A stretch of 63,760 bases of DNA, filler included, from Octopus bimaculoides (taxonomy: Eukaryota): the NCBI RefSeq assembly GCF_001194135.2. It is 7 parts of 7 records of this genome, joined end to end, with 100 filler letters (N's around TTAATTAATTAA, not from the genome) between each part and the next. Parts side by side here need not be neighbours in the genome. Positions count along the whole stretch, not along the records: positions 25,343 to 37,538 come from NC_068986.1; positions 37,639 to 46,194 come from NC_068983.1; positions 46,295 to 48,112 come from NW_026396458.1; 4 more parts are not named here. One strand, given 5' to 3'. The translations under genes and the position numbers were made by a program. The notes below the pieces were generated by a model. The model made no database searches and was not told the origin of the DNA. It saw only the letters and a list, made by a program, of their open reading frames with translations. This document shows positions 35,766 through 47,857 of this stretch, piece by piece. Each line of letters starts with the position of its first letter. The stretch's first letter is position 1.

Positions 35766-38700
35766 ACACATATATAAATATAAAGTAGGATGTTTCTAGT
35801 ATTCTCTATAATTTTGTTTACTATTAATCATGTTCAAAGTCTTCTTTTATCCGTGTCTCTGGAAACTAGCAGACTCTGCAACCACACGCGAACGCTCTCT
35901 CCATTCATCTTGCTGATTATCATTTCATGTGCGGAAATTATTTATCAATGCACTTCACAGGTTGCAAGTCTTCTGAAAGTGTATTTATCTTATTCCTACA
36001 TGTTCAAGGATCAGTGTATATATTTCCAATATCGTATATAGCATAACTAGAAGTTATGTTATATTTGTTATGCCGTAATATTTTGTGAACACCCACTCAA
36101 ACTTCTATTTCCTCCTAACTGTTTTAGTAGTGCATATTTTTAACTGAAATTTTTCAGAGATACGTCTTAGAGGTGTGGAATATTAATTACTTTTTATACT
36201 CAAAATGAAAAATTCATGCCTTTCTTTTCTTTTTTTTTTGTTTCTTGGTCATTTGAAAACAACTAACACAAATCGCTTCTTATTTATAATACGTATGAAG
36301 TTGAAAGTGTAGTGATGAAAAAATTTAGTCTAATATAATATAGATCGAAAGTACTCTGGATGATATTCTGCAATGTGTCTTGTTTCTCATATCAAACAAG
36401 ATTATGTTGTACACTATTCCCAAGAAAAGTGTTGACCGATTCAAAGAAGTGTGGATTGCTATTCTTCCTTAAGAAACAAAATCAAACAAACAATCAAACA
36501 AACTATACTTTAGGAAAACAAATTGTATCAACGTGATCTACATTCTTTAAAGTTTATCACTGCAAAACTTATATAAAAATATGAATTCATTGGAGGGGCT
36601 AAACTAAAGTTGTGCCTTAAATATTAATTCTCATCATCAGTTGATTTGACAATCGATTAAAACGGATGCTTCCAATTAGTACGGTCTAACGTACTAATAA
36701 GAATGTATACCGAAAACATATACATTAAGTAGAATAAATAAATATTTAGTCTCACCCCGAGGATATAACCCATGGATAAATCACACAAGCATCAGCAGTT
36801 AAAAGTGAAAACTATAGCTCATAGTTTCGTCCTTTTTAAAACTCATCAGGGGTCAATTAATTCACCTTTCAAGTGCCCAAGTTAAGAAAAATATATCTTT
36901 TTTTTATGACAAACAGTACTAGTGTGCAGTAACTGAAAGCGCAAGTTTGAAGAATGAAATTTGATAACAAAACTGCTAACATGATGTATTTATGAACAAA
37001 TAGCTATTGAAAAATCATATTCAAACTGTAGGCATATCTAGAGATATGCAGCTGACTAGAAAACCGAGTAAGAGTTCGCAACACATATATGGTTATTGGC
37101 TCAGTGATGTGTTTAATAACAAATTACATATGTGTACGTGTTTACATGTGTGCGTGTGTGCACACGTGTTTTATATTATATCATATTACACACACACAAG
37201 CACACACACACACGCACACATGTATATATAAGTATGTTCTATGAAACACACCCAAACATAAAAGCACGCACATACACATAGAAGCTCACACATACAGAGG
37301 CACACACAAAATGTTATCGATTACTTATCTTTTCTATCTTCAGGCATCAAAATGTTTTGGGTAAGAGAACTATTGACTATCTCAGTATGACATTTTAAGG
37401 CCACAAGAAGAAAACATAAAACTATATGTGGGTGCTGTGAAAATCACTAAATACAGGCTATTCAAATCGAGCAAGAGAATTCCTTGTTACATATTTATCT
37501 TTTGCTTCTCTCAGTCATTAAACTGTGGCCGCCGATATNNNNNNNNNNNNNNNNNNNNNNNNNNNNNNNNNNNNNNNNNNNNTTAATTAATTAANNNNNN
37601 NNNNNNNNNNNNNNNNNNNNNNNNNNNNNNNNNNNNNNATTTATATATATATATGAAAAAGAATAAGATAAAGGGAACAATGGCAAAGGTAGAATTATAT
37701 TTTATGTATAAATTCTTACAGCTGTTTCAGGGAAAATTCAATGTAATAGTAGAAGAATGGATTATTACGTCTATAAGAGAAGATTTGTAGTAAGAAGTGA
37801 GAGCGATGCGTAGAATAAAGAACAAAGAAGAAAATGTACTTGGAGTATAGTTCCATTCCAACAGTAAACATCCATGTAAAGAATCCGTGTGGGTATTTTC
37901 CGGAGATAATTATAGTTGCAAAGGTGGATATATATCATATCGTATCCAGTATACTCTGTACGTTGTTTACTCAAAGGATAGTCGGAATCGAGTGAAAGAT
38001 ATGTGTAAGACTTTATACATAAAATGTAATTGTACCTTTGCCATTGGTCTGTTTATATTATTCTTTTTTTATATATACACACGCTAATACGCGACCCATG
38101 TTATATTCCCCACTCATGTTGCAACCACGTCAGGGGCAAACTAGTCTGTATACAGCACTTACTCGGTATTACCTGTATCTTTAGGGTTTGGTTGACTCCA
38201 ATACTCTTCATAACCTTTATACATATATATATATAAATGTATATATATATATNNNNNNNNNNNNNNNNNNNNNNNNNNNNNNNNNNNNNNNNNNNNNNNN
38301 NNNNNNNNNNNNNNNNNNNNNNNNNNNNNNNNNNNNNNNNNNNNNNNNNNNNNNNNNNNNNNNNNNNNNNNNNNNNNNNNNNNNNNNNNNNNNNNNNNNN
38401 NNNNNNNNNNNNNNNNNNNNNNNNNNNNNNNNNNNNNNNNNNNNNNNNNNNNNNNNNNNNNNNNNNNNNNNNNNNNNNNNNNNNNNNNNNNNNNNNNNNN
38501 NNNNNNNNNNNNNNNNNNNNNNNNNNNNNNNNNNNNNNNNNNNNNNNNNNNNNNNNNNNNNNNNNNNNNNNNNNNNNNNNNNNNNNNNNNNNNNNNNNNN
38601 NNNNNNNNNNNNNCGTAAAATTTAATATATATATATATATACATATATATTATGTATAGATAGATATATATTAAATTTTACGAGGTGAAGATTGACTGCA

Positions 38701-39066
38701 ACTTCGGAGTCGCTGTTAATCTTTCCTCTTCACAAAGTTAATAATACGTACTGTCCTAAAAATATTGAGTAATCCTCAGATACAATGATAATTTCTTTTT
38801 CTATATGATACTTGAAATGCATATTAATGGTTGATATACTTGCAGTGTTATAAATTCATTATATCTTAAGTAAATTGCTTTAGAAAGTCGCTGACACTTT
38901 AGGTATTTCTAGAATGTCCAATACTGAAAATTATTGCATTCTAGCAATGAAAACGATGCTTCAGTTTGAACTCCCCAAAAAATGCGCAAAAATTAATAAA
39001 TATGCCACTTAAAATTCTTTTACACGTACTCACTTCTGATTTATTACTGCATATTAATATAATAGT

Positions 39067-39124
39067 CGCATCGCTTCGGTAATACATATACTAAAACTGT
39101 AAGGATACAGAGAAGATTAATATG
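39067..39124 (+). pseudogene. U6: U6 snRNA retrocopy, 3'-truncated
   Basis: 39071-39124 matches canonical U6 nt 5-58 at 46/54 by eye, with ACAGAGA box intact (39107-39113). TSD-like ATTAATAT[GC]AATAGT at 39053-39066 and 39116-39131. Confidence 0.9.
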
Positions 39125-39219
39125 CAATAGTATTTTCCAGCCTACCTACATTTTATGCCATGCTCCAGAGATTTTATTCGAAAGAACATTTTTGCATACG
39201 GAAAATTACATTTTGACCT

Positions 39220-39312
39220 CGGCGGGATTTTGATGCAGAACGTAAACAGAATAATTAAATATCACAAGGAAATTTGTTCTGGCACTTTAACGATTCTGCC
39301 GGCTAGACGCCT
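39220..39312 (-). mobile_element. Degenerate SINE-B head
   Basis: GACCTCGGCGGGATTTTGATGCAGAACGTA...TAACGATTCTGCC, reverse of the SINE-B head. Confidence 0.5.
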
Positions 39313-39559
39313 TGAATAATTACTGCAATAGTACTTTTTATATTTTGTGTCGGGCACTAGAAGTTTTTCACCTTGAAAATGTTTCTATTCTATGTATAAG
39401 GAAGAGCATTGATTATTTTAATTCCTTACGTCAGAGAATATATTTTTGCTCACTAACAGTTGCAATAATACGTTATAGTTAGAATAACAAATGAAAGGAG
39501 GTACGGGTGGATGTTAAATCAGTCGTTGATATTCGCAAACCACATGGTGCTCCTTGCCT

Positions 39560-40200
39560 GATCAGAAGTTAATCTCCAGCAAAAACTAGATAGATTCCTC
39601 AATAACGTTCACCTAGTACGCTGTGAATATCAGTGACTGTATTCACGAGTGATGGGAAACAAGAAGCTGAATTCGATGCAAGAATTGCACGTGCTGTCAC
39701 AGCATTGAACCAACTCCAGCATTCGGCTCTCAGAAGAGTAGTAAAAAAAAACAATCTCGTTATCTTCTATCTACTTTTTGCGCTTCCTTATGAATGATAA
39801 ATAATGACTGAAAGACTACTATCACCAATACAAGCGGCCGAATTGGGGTCTTTTCGAAGAATCTTTGGCGTCTGCGTACTCGACAAGCTACGTAGCTCGG
39901 AGATAAAGAGTTTCTCGTGTTCGAGCTGCTACTTCCCTGCAATAAGAATTCACAAATCCCATAGTACGGATGTGATAAGAATGTCGCACGAATGACATTC
40001 ACCATAGATTCTCCAGGCCGAGCCAACCGACAGAAGACCTAGGTGTAGACTAAGAGCAAGATGATTCGATAACTTCCATAGTCTCCTTGGTCAAGCATGG
40101 GAATCCCGCCGGAAATTCTAAAGAGATATACAAGTAATAGGTGGAGATGATTGGCGACTCTACCCACAAGGCCTTCCCAGGAGAGGATGGATGGATAGAT
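39560..40200 (+). mobile_element. RTE-clade LINE, C-terminal remnant
   Basis: VFTSDGKQEAEFDARIARAVTALNQL...MTERLLSPIQAAELGSFRRIFGVCVLDKLRSSEIK...ILQAEPTDRRPRCR; parallels 22510-22990. Confidence 0.8.
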
Positions 40201-40381
40201 TATTGCTGAGAAATATTGATTACGTTGTGTACATTAAACTAGTTCCTGTTCACATTTTAATTTAAATGACTAAAATGACCACTAATTCATGACTAAAATT
40301 AATCTTGAACCCATTTAATCGACGGGTTTCATATTTTAAAAACGATATCATGGTAAAGAACAATAATATTAACTAAATAGA

Positions 40382-40535
40382 AGGCAGTGACCTGGCAGAA
40401 TCGTTAGTAAGCCGGGCAAAATGCTTAGCCGATTTCGTCCGTCTTTACATTTCTGAGTTCAAATTCTGTCGAAAAGACTTGGCCTTTCATCAATCGGGGC
40501 CGATAAAATAAGTACCAGTTGAGCACTGGAGTTGA
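40382..40535 (+). mobile_element. SINE family B, head plus central domain
   Basis: CTGGCAGAATCGTTAG..GAGTTCAAATTC..GATAAAATAAGTACCAGTT. Confidence 0.8.
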
Positions 40536-42584
40536 TAGATAGATATGTGCATCATACAAAAATGCGTAAGTATGTATGGATTATGACACTACTGTGTATA
40601 TCTCATTACTATTTTCTTAATGCATACCTTAGAAAACAAAATTTTATATCTAGTTTCAAAATAAGATCGGATAGTCACGATTGGCATGCTTCGATCATAT
40701 ATCAACCCGATCCACGTCGACCAGAGGCTAAACAACATGATATCAGACCAGTGAATAGAATAGAATAAGCTTGACGTCATTTTCAAGGACAAAAGTTATA
40801 CGCTAAAAGATGAAAACCAAATGAATTACCGATGTACTTTTATCATCTAAATCCTGAAATGTAGAAACTGCTGTTGCTAGATTGAACTATTTTTCTAAGT
40901 TTATCACAAGGCTTGTGTCTGTTAAAGGCTATAAGATAACTGTTACCCAGAAGTACTTTTACAAATTATTGTTACCCTTTCTACTCCGTTTCGCTTATTC
41001 ATACGGTATCTGTTTCTGTATGATGGCAGCCTTGATATTGGTTGAAGGGATTATCTGCCGAGCACAAATAAATCTGGAGTGAAAATGCTTTGTAATATAA
41101 TATTAGTGCTAATTTATAGTGGTGTGCAAAACATTTTATGTTTTCTTATATGAGAGATTTCATAAAGTGTTCATCTATTCAATAGTCAGAAGATAGTTGA
41201 TTCATGTAATAAAACTGACGTGTAGCGAACGCCGCAAACGTATTTCGTTATAGAAATGAAATCCCACATCTACTCAATTTTTTATTTATTTATGCATTTT
41301 ACTTTCCCGATCTGGTTGTGTTTCCTTATTTAATTTATTTCTAGTTACGTTTTAAATGCATTGGCAACAAATATCGATAGAAAAGTATATATTCCACAAC
41401 CAAACGCTCGGAGGCAATAAAAGAGCGTTAAACAGAAATACAAAATAATATAGAGAAATTCAACTGCGGGGAAGAAAATTTGTTTCATAACAACAATGAA
41501 CAATTGAATACGTTTATATATCAATGAGATACGAGAATTTTCTGTTTACATCTAAATTATATGATAAGGTCATTGAATTTCTAATGTTTTTCGCACAATT
41601 CCCACAGGAAAAGGATTTCTGATTTTTATATTATATGAAATAAAAGTTGTGTGACAAATGTTATTTCCAAGAATAAACATATACCGAAGGAATATATGCT
41701 GTTGTGTCTTGCGTTTCTACATGTTGTTGCCGTTGTTGTTTAACGACAGAATTCCAGCAAGGATCTTTCAGCTTCCCATCTATCTAAAGCAGCGCAACAC
41801 GTTGTAGTCTTGTACAATTAAGGCGTTAGGGTACGATTTGAAGACTGCTTTTATCAATTGTTTGTGTATGCGTTATCATTAATGTTATCATTAATGTTCT
41901 CACTACTACTACTACTACTACCAATACTACTACTTAACAATACCAATGAGAGCTCTTAAGTTTTTGGAAGAAACAAGTCCAACAGTTTTGAAGGAAGTGT
42001 GTAATTCGATACTATATTCTATCTGAGGGTGAAAAAAAGACAGTTAATCACAGCGGGGTTTGAACACAGAACTTAAAGAGGGGTAACTAAATGCTGTAAA
42101 TATTTTTTTCCGATTCTGCTAATCTATAATTTCATTGATTTGCCGCAAGGGGCCTTACATTCATAAAAAAAAATATGATAGACAAAATGTTTAGAGAATA
42201 TTTGTGGATAAATTCTCACAATATGAACAAATGCTATGTAGGAATATCCAAACAATGTTTACAGATTCTTGTGTTGCCCTCTTCAGGAATCTCCCTATGC
42301 TTGTCGATAATTTGTCAGGGTTGTTGTACAAATTATTGCGAATAATTCTTTTTGTGCTAATTATTAATGATGACAGGCGCATTTCTTAAATGTCTTTATG
42401 TCATTAACGAATCATTTTTTAATCAGAGAAAAAAGTATATCGCGTTCAATTTATTGATTTTCATAAGGTTTTCATATTGTTATTTTCAAAAACAGGTAGT
42501 GGTTCATTTGGTGATTTTAATTGAAATAGGTAAAATTTACTTTCTGATCATATGATCATTCTGATCATAATGATATATTGTAAC

Positions 42585-42802
42585 TAGGCAACGAGCTGGC
42601 AGGAACGTTAGCACGCCAGGCGAAATGCTTAGCGGTATTTCGTCTGTCTTTACGTTCTGAATTCAAATTCCGCCGAGGTCGACTTTGCCTTACATCTTTT
42701 TGGGGGCGATAAATTAAGTACCAGTGGCGTACTGGGTCGATCTAATCGACTGGCACCCTCTTCAAACATTTCGGACCTTGTGCCTAGAGTAGAAAGAAAT
42801 GC
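42585..42802 (+). mobile_element. SINE family B monomer, tail type Y
   Basis: 11-bp TSD TATATTGTAAC at 42574-42584 and 42803-42813; tail ...GGACCTTGTGCCTAGAGTAGAAAG. Confidence 0.93.
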
Positions 42803-45800
42803 TATATTGTAACAGTCACTAATTAGAACTTCGTCGTACCTGCCAAAGTACTGCGTGGTGCATGAAACTCCTTATTTAAGCCATAAGTAACAAATCAACT
42901 TTATAGTATAGTGTCAGTGTATATTATCATTTTTAACATTTTATTCCTACTCTCACTGTTTCAATACAAACTTCCACAAATTTTTAAAAAGCGTGTCCAT
43001 CTAATTTGTTGACGACAATTCTTTAGATCTGTCCAGGTATTACAGTGATCCCAGATATACAGGTGATAGTAAAGATTATTTAAGCGCTCTCTGCTCAGAC
43101 GAAGAAAACTGGAAAGAACACAGAACACAAGAGTAATAGCAGACCATGTGTTTCCTGTTCTCTGAGTGCTTGATACTCGGTTCTAAAGTTGACCAGAAAC
43201 CTAAGAGTAACCTAAGCAAATACCAGTAGTGCCTCAATATTGTCATGCGACAAATAAGTGAGGCAATAAGAGCAGGGGCGACTATTTGCTCAATACAATA
43301 AGATAAGCAAGAAACAGAAAACGAACCTATCCTAATAACAAACATTTGACGGGAAGGTAAGCAAAGACATAAGCATGAGTCCAGCTGTGATCATAAGGTT
43401 CATTTGTTTCATTCTTAATTTTTATCTCCTGAATACATTATCCTATATGTTATTGCATTATAAGTTGGATGTAAATTGGTAGGTATTTCTAACAAAATGA
43501 GTAACCATCTACATACGTGTTGATGTCTTTTTGTTATTGCTAATATTCTTAATTTTGCTTATGTGATATACACGTTGACAGAATGGTTCATATCCCACTG
43601 AAAAATATGTTTGCTAACATTAACTGAATGCGCAAAGTGTGTTATTAACAAGAGAGAGTAATGTCTAAATGTGAGAAACAATCTATCAGTAATCTCTTTG
43701 AAGAGAAACCTATTTATTGAAACTGCGATAACGTGCAGGTGTATAGATGTTTTAGTGAAAATGTCATCAAGCAAATAGAATTAATAATATATCATTCAGT
43801 ACAAGCAAGAGTTGGCCATAATTACCCGCAGGAATATGCATTACAAATAATGCTATGTTGCTATCATAATTTATATGTGCGTCTCTTGCTGCTATACAAA
43901 GCAAACAGCTGCAGTTTGAATTTTTTCCTGTCTATTGAGTGATGAATTCATTTTCTGTGGGGCTATCACTTTCATTATATATCTTACCATACTATCGAAA
44001 ATTTTTATGTGAAACAGAGTATATTTTAATGGACCTTTGTAGCATTTTCCTACTTGAGAATATGTTTATTTCACAAGTTTATGGTTCAAACTTTCAGAGT
44101 AAATCAACCGCAGCATAAGATTTGATTACATTTCATCCATTTAAGATATGTTACGTTCTTTATAGCATACGGGCGAGCATATGCACTCACTACCTTTGTT
44201 ATTGTTTTTATATTACGAAAGAAGCAGCACCGATGGATTTGGCAAACCCTTCGCCAATAATGGTAAGATTGACGATAGTTTTGTTCCTCGACAAACGTTG
44301 CAGATCGCCGTCTACAAGAAAGATATATGCAAGAAGGAAGTCCTTGTAGCAAAGAAGGACTGGGAGTAGTGGTTAACACAGAACCTGGGGCTGAACGAAG
44401 TAATATGAGCAGCGAAAAGAGGAGAGACGAGTAATACTAGTGTAGCTGAAGGTAGGTGACTAGAGGTCGGTAAGATCCAAGGAAGTAAGGTTACTGTTTT
44501 AGCAGTGGAAAAGAAAATGCTTGGAAACATTAGTGATACTGGTTAATATATCATTGCGGCACTTATCACATGCGAGTGTAGCTTCAGCATAGCCACTGTC
44601 TATTGGTTGTTATCATTCAATGAAGAGTCAAATTATTAAATACAGCCTTATCTTCCAATATGGATAATAACTATTATTCTGTTTCAACAAATGTTTGCCC
44701 CAAGTATATTATATGTCTTCTTAAAGAAAACACATTAGAGGGTCTTAGAAGAAACTATGATCCTGCAATTATGCGCTACTATTGTTATGCTTTCTTGTGT
44801 AAAGGTGTCGATTCTTTATTTGCATTAAGCAGCTTAATAATTGACGTATCACCTCGTCCCTGTGAATGCAGATAATCATACGCAACATAAATGCAGAGCT
44901 GCCTTTTTTCATTTCGAATTCTTGTTAATATGTGCATCAAAGACATACGTACTACGAACATACTTGTAGTGTATGGAATAGATCTTCCATATATATACAC
45001 ACATACACCTATATATATANNNNNNNNNNNNNNNNNNNNNNNNNNNNNNNNNNNNNNNNNNNNNNNNNNNNNNNNNNNNNNNNNNNNNNNNNNNNNNNNN
45101 NNNNNNNNNNNNNNNNNNNNNNNNNNNNNNNNNNNNNNNNNNNNNNNNNNNNNNNNNNNNNNNNNNNNNNNNNNNNNNNNNNNNNNNNNNNNNNNNNNNN
45201 NNNNNNNNNNNNNNNNNNNNNNNNNNNNNNNNNNNNNNNNNNNNNNNNNNNNNNNNNNNNNNNNNNNNNNNNNNNNNNNNNNNNNNNNNNNNNNNNNNNN
45301 NNNNNNNNNNNNNNNNNNNNNNNNNNNNNNNNNNNNNNNNNNNNNNNNNNNNNNNNNNNNNNNNNNNNNNNNNNNNNNNNNNNNNNNNNNNNNNNNNNNN
45401 NNNNNNNNNNNNNNNNNNNNNNNNNNNNNNNNNNNNNNNNNNNNNNNNNNNNNNNNNNNNNNNNNNNNNNNNNNNNNNNNNNNNNNNNNNNNNNNNNNNN
45501 NNNNNNNNNNNNNNNNNNNNNNNNNNNNNNNNNNNNNNNNNNNNNNNNNNNNNNNNNNNNNNNNNNNNNNNNNNNNNNNNNNNNNNNNNNNNNNNNNNNN
45601 NNNNNNNNNNNNNNNNNNNNNNNNNNNNNNNNNNNNNNNNNNNNNNNNNNNNNNNNNNNNNNNNNNNNNNNNNNNNNNNNNNNNNNNNNNNNNNNNNNNN
45701 NNNNNNNNNNNNNNNNNNNNNNNNNNNNNNNNNNNNNNNNNNNNNNNNNNNNNNNNNNNNNNNNNNNNNNNNNNNNNNNNNNNNNNNNNNNNNNNNNNNN

Positions 45801-46532
45801 NNNNNNNNNNNNNNNNNNNNNNNNNNNNNNNNNNNNNNNNNNNNNNNNNNNNNNNNNNNNNNNNNNNNNNNNNNNNNNNNNNNNNNNNNNNNNNNNNNNN
45901 NNNNNNNNNNNNNNNNNNNNNNNNNNNNNNNNNNNNNNNNNNNNNNNNNNNNNNNNNNNNNNNNNTTTTTGTGGTGGTGTGTGTGTCTGTGTGTGTGCGT
46001 GTGTGTGTCGATGGGAAAGAGAAAAGAAGAAAATTGGGTTCACAGCTGGTTAGTTCTTTTCAATGATAAGTTTACTTTTAGCCTTTTAGAGGAATGGCAA
46101 AAGCAGGTGTGATCGTTTTGAAGTTGCTTTTCAAAGAGAATCTTTGGTGTCATTGTCTAGTAAGAGAATGTGGGTGCGTTTTTGTGTGTGTGTGNNNNNN
46201 NNNNNNNNNNNNNNNNNNNNNNNNNNNNNNNNNNNNNNTTAATTAATTAANNNNNNNNNNNNNNNNNNNNNNNNNNNNNNNNNNNNNNNNNNNNTGTATG
46301 TATGTATGTATGTATGTATGTATGCATGTATGTATGTATACGCGCATGCAGAAGAGAGAAGAGAGCGTGCTGAAAAGTTCCTGGCTTTGAATAAATGAAA
46401 ATTCCGGAAGATCAGTTAATTATGAGTTTATTCAACATATTCCCCTCTCAGATTCACACATACTTTGCAGCGGTTCTTCAGTCTTTTCGCGATATATGTG
46501 TATTCTTATACAAAAGTAATTTAAGTTATCTA

Positions 46533-46712
46533 TATTATTTACAATTGACGGATATTTGTCCTCATCTTGTTTGTTGTTAACATAACATTTCGGCTGATAT
46601 ACCCTCCAGCCTTCATTAGGTGTCTTGGGGAAATTTCGAGCCTGGGTTCTCATCCCTAAGGTATTTTTCGATGTTATTATTATTATTCCAGGCAGTGACC
46701 TGAATAATAATT

Positions 46713-46806
<94 letters not shown>

Positions 46807-46979
46807 CAACAACAACAACAACAACAACAACCACAACAACATCGAAAAATAACTTAGGAATGAGAACCCAGGCTCGAAATTTCCCCAAGACACCTGATGA
46901 AGGCCGGAGAGTATATCAGCCGAAACGTTGTGTTAACAACAAACAAGATTAGAACAAATATCCATCAATTGTAAATAAT
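46533..46979. repeat. Inverted repeat (arms ~46533-46675 and ~46838-46979) around an (AAT)n/(AAC)n spacer
   Basis: The arms are reverse complements with scattered substitutions, e.g. GGTGTCTTGGGGAAATTTCGAGCCTGGGTTCTCAT / ATGAGAACCCAGGCTCGAAATTTCCCCAAGACACC. Confidence 0.95.
46889..46934 (+). ncRNA. Minimal type I hammerhead-ribozyme-like motif (Penelope-type)
   Basis: GACAC-CUGAUGA-aGGC(loop)GCC-GAAAC-GU-U-GUGUU. Stem I GACAC/GUGUU, conserved core, and loop-less palindromic ACGU stem III. Confidence 0.65.
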
Positions 46980-47459
46980 GTAAATAATGTACATAATTCC
47001 TGATCTCTTAAATATAGAACTGTATTATACAAAAATGTTTCGATGATGGCNNNNNNNNNNNNNNNNNNNNNNNNNNNNNNNNNNNNNNNNNNNNNNNNNN
47101 NNNNNNNNNNNNNNNNNNNNNNNNNNNNNNNNNNNNNNNNNNNNNNNNNNNNNNNNNNNNNNNNNNNNNNNNNNNNNNNNNNNNNNNNNNNNNNNNNNNN
47201 NNNNNNNNNNNNNNNNNNNNNNNNNNNNNNNNNNNNNNNNNNNNNNNNNNNNNNNNNNNNNNNNNNNNNNNNNNNNNNNNNNNNNNNNNNNNNNNNNNNN
47301 NNNNNNNNNNNNNNNNNNNNNNNNNNNNNNNNNNNNNNNNNNNNNNGCACTGGGGTCGATGCAACCGACTTATCACTCTGCGCCAAAATTTCAGGCCTTA
47401 TGTCTATAGTAGAAAGGATTATTATAACTGAACGTAGAAGCAAGCATTAATATGCGCAC

Positions 47460-47510
<51 letters not shown>

Positions 47511-47569
47511 TGTGCGTTTGTATGTGTGTAAGTTTTTGAAGTGGTGGCACTGAAAATCTATAAGTGGTT

Positions 47570-47857
47570 AACTATAGATCTCTGACGCCATCTGACAAAC
47601 GCCCTTCAATCCTGACGTCATCAGATACACGCCAACCAAGATGGCGTGAATCAGCCAAACTTTACCTGCTAGAAATAGCAACCCAAATACTTTTACATCA
47701 GATCCTAGTGCTGGATCTTAAGAACCAAATGAAGGAGTGATTTTCATTCACAGGATCAACCTGATTCCAAAAAAGTATATGTCTATGTAGAGCAAGTGTA
47801 GACTAAGATAGAGGGGTCCCAGACGGACAGACAGAATTTCGCTTTTAATAATATAGA
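47570..47857 (-). mobile_element. Possible Helitron/DINE-1-like element; only the 5' terminus is recognisable
   Basis: A|TCTATATTATTAAAAGCG followed by (CTGT)n-like sequence resembles the 2588 terminus; short IR ACGCCATCT/AGATGGCGT. No CTAG-hairpin end found. Confidence 0.35.

Noticed and set aside
44190-44530. GC-richer coding-like segment with a GTAAGA donor
   Set aside because: No recognisable motif in any frame, weak acceptor, short ORFs on both strands.
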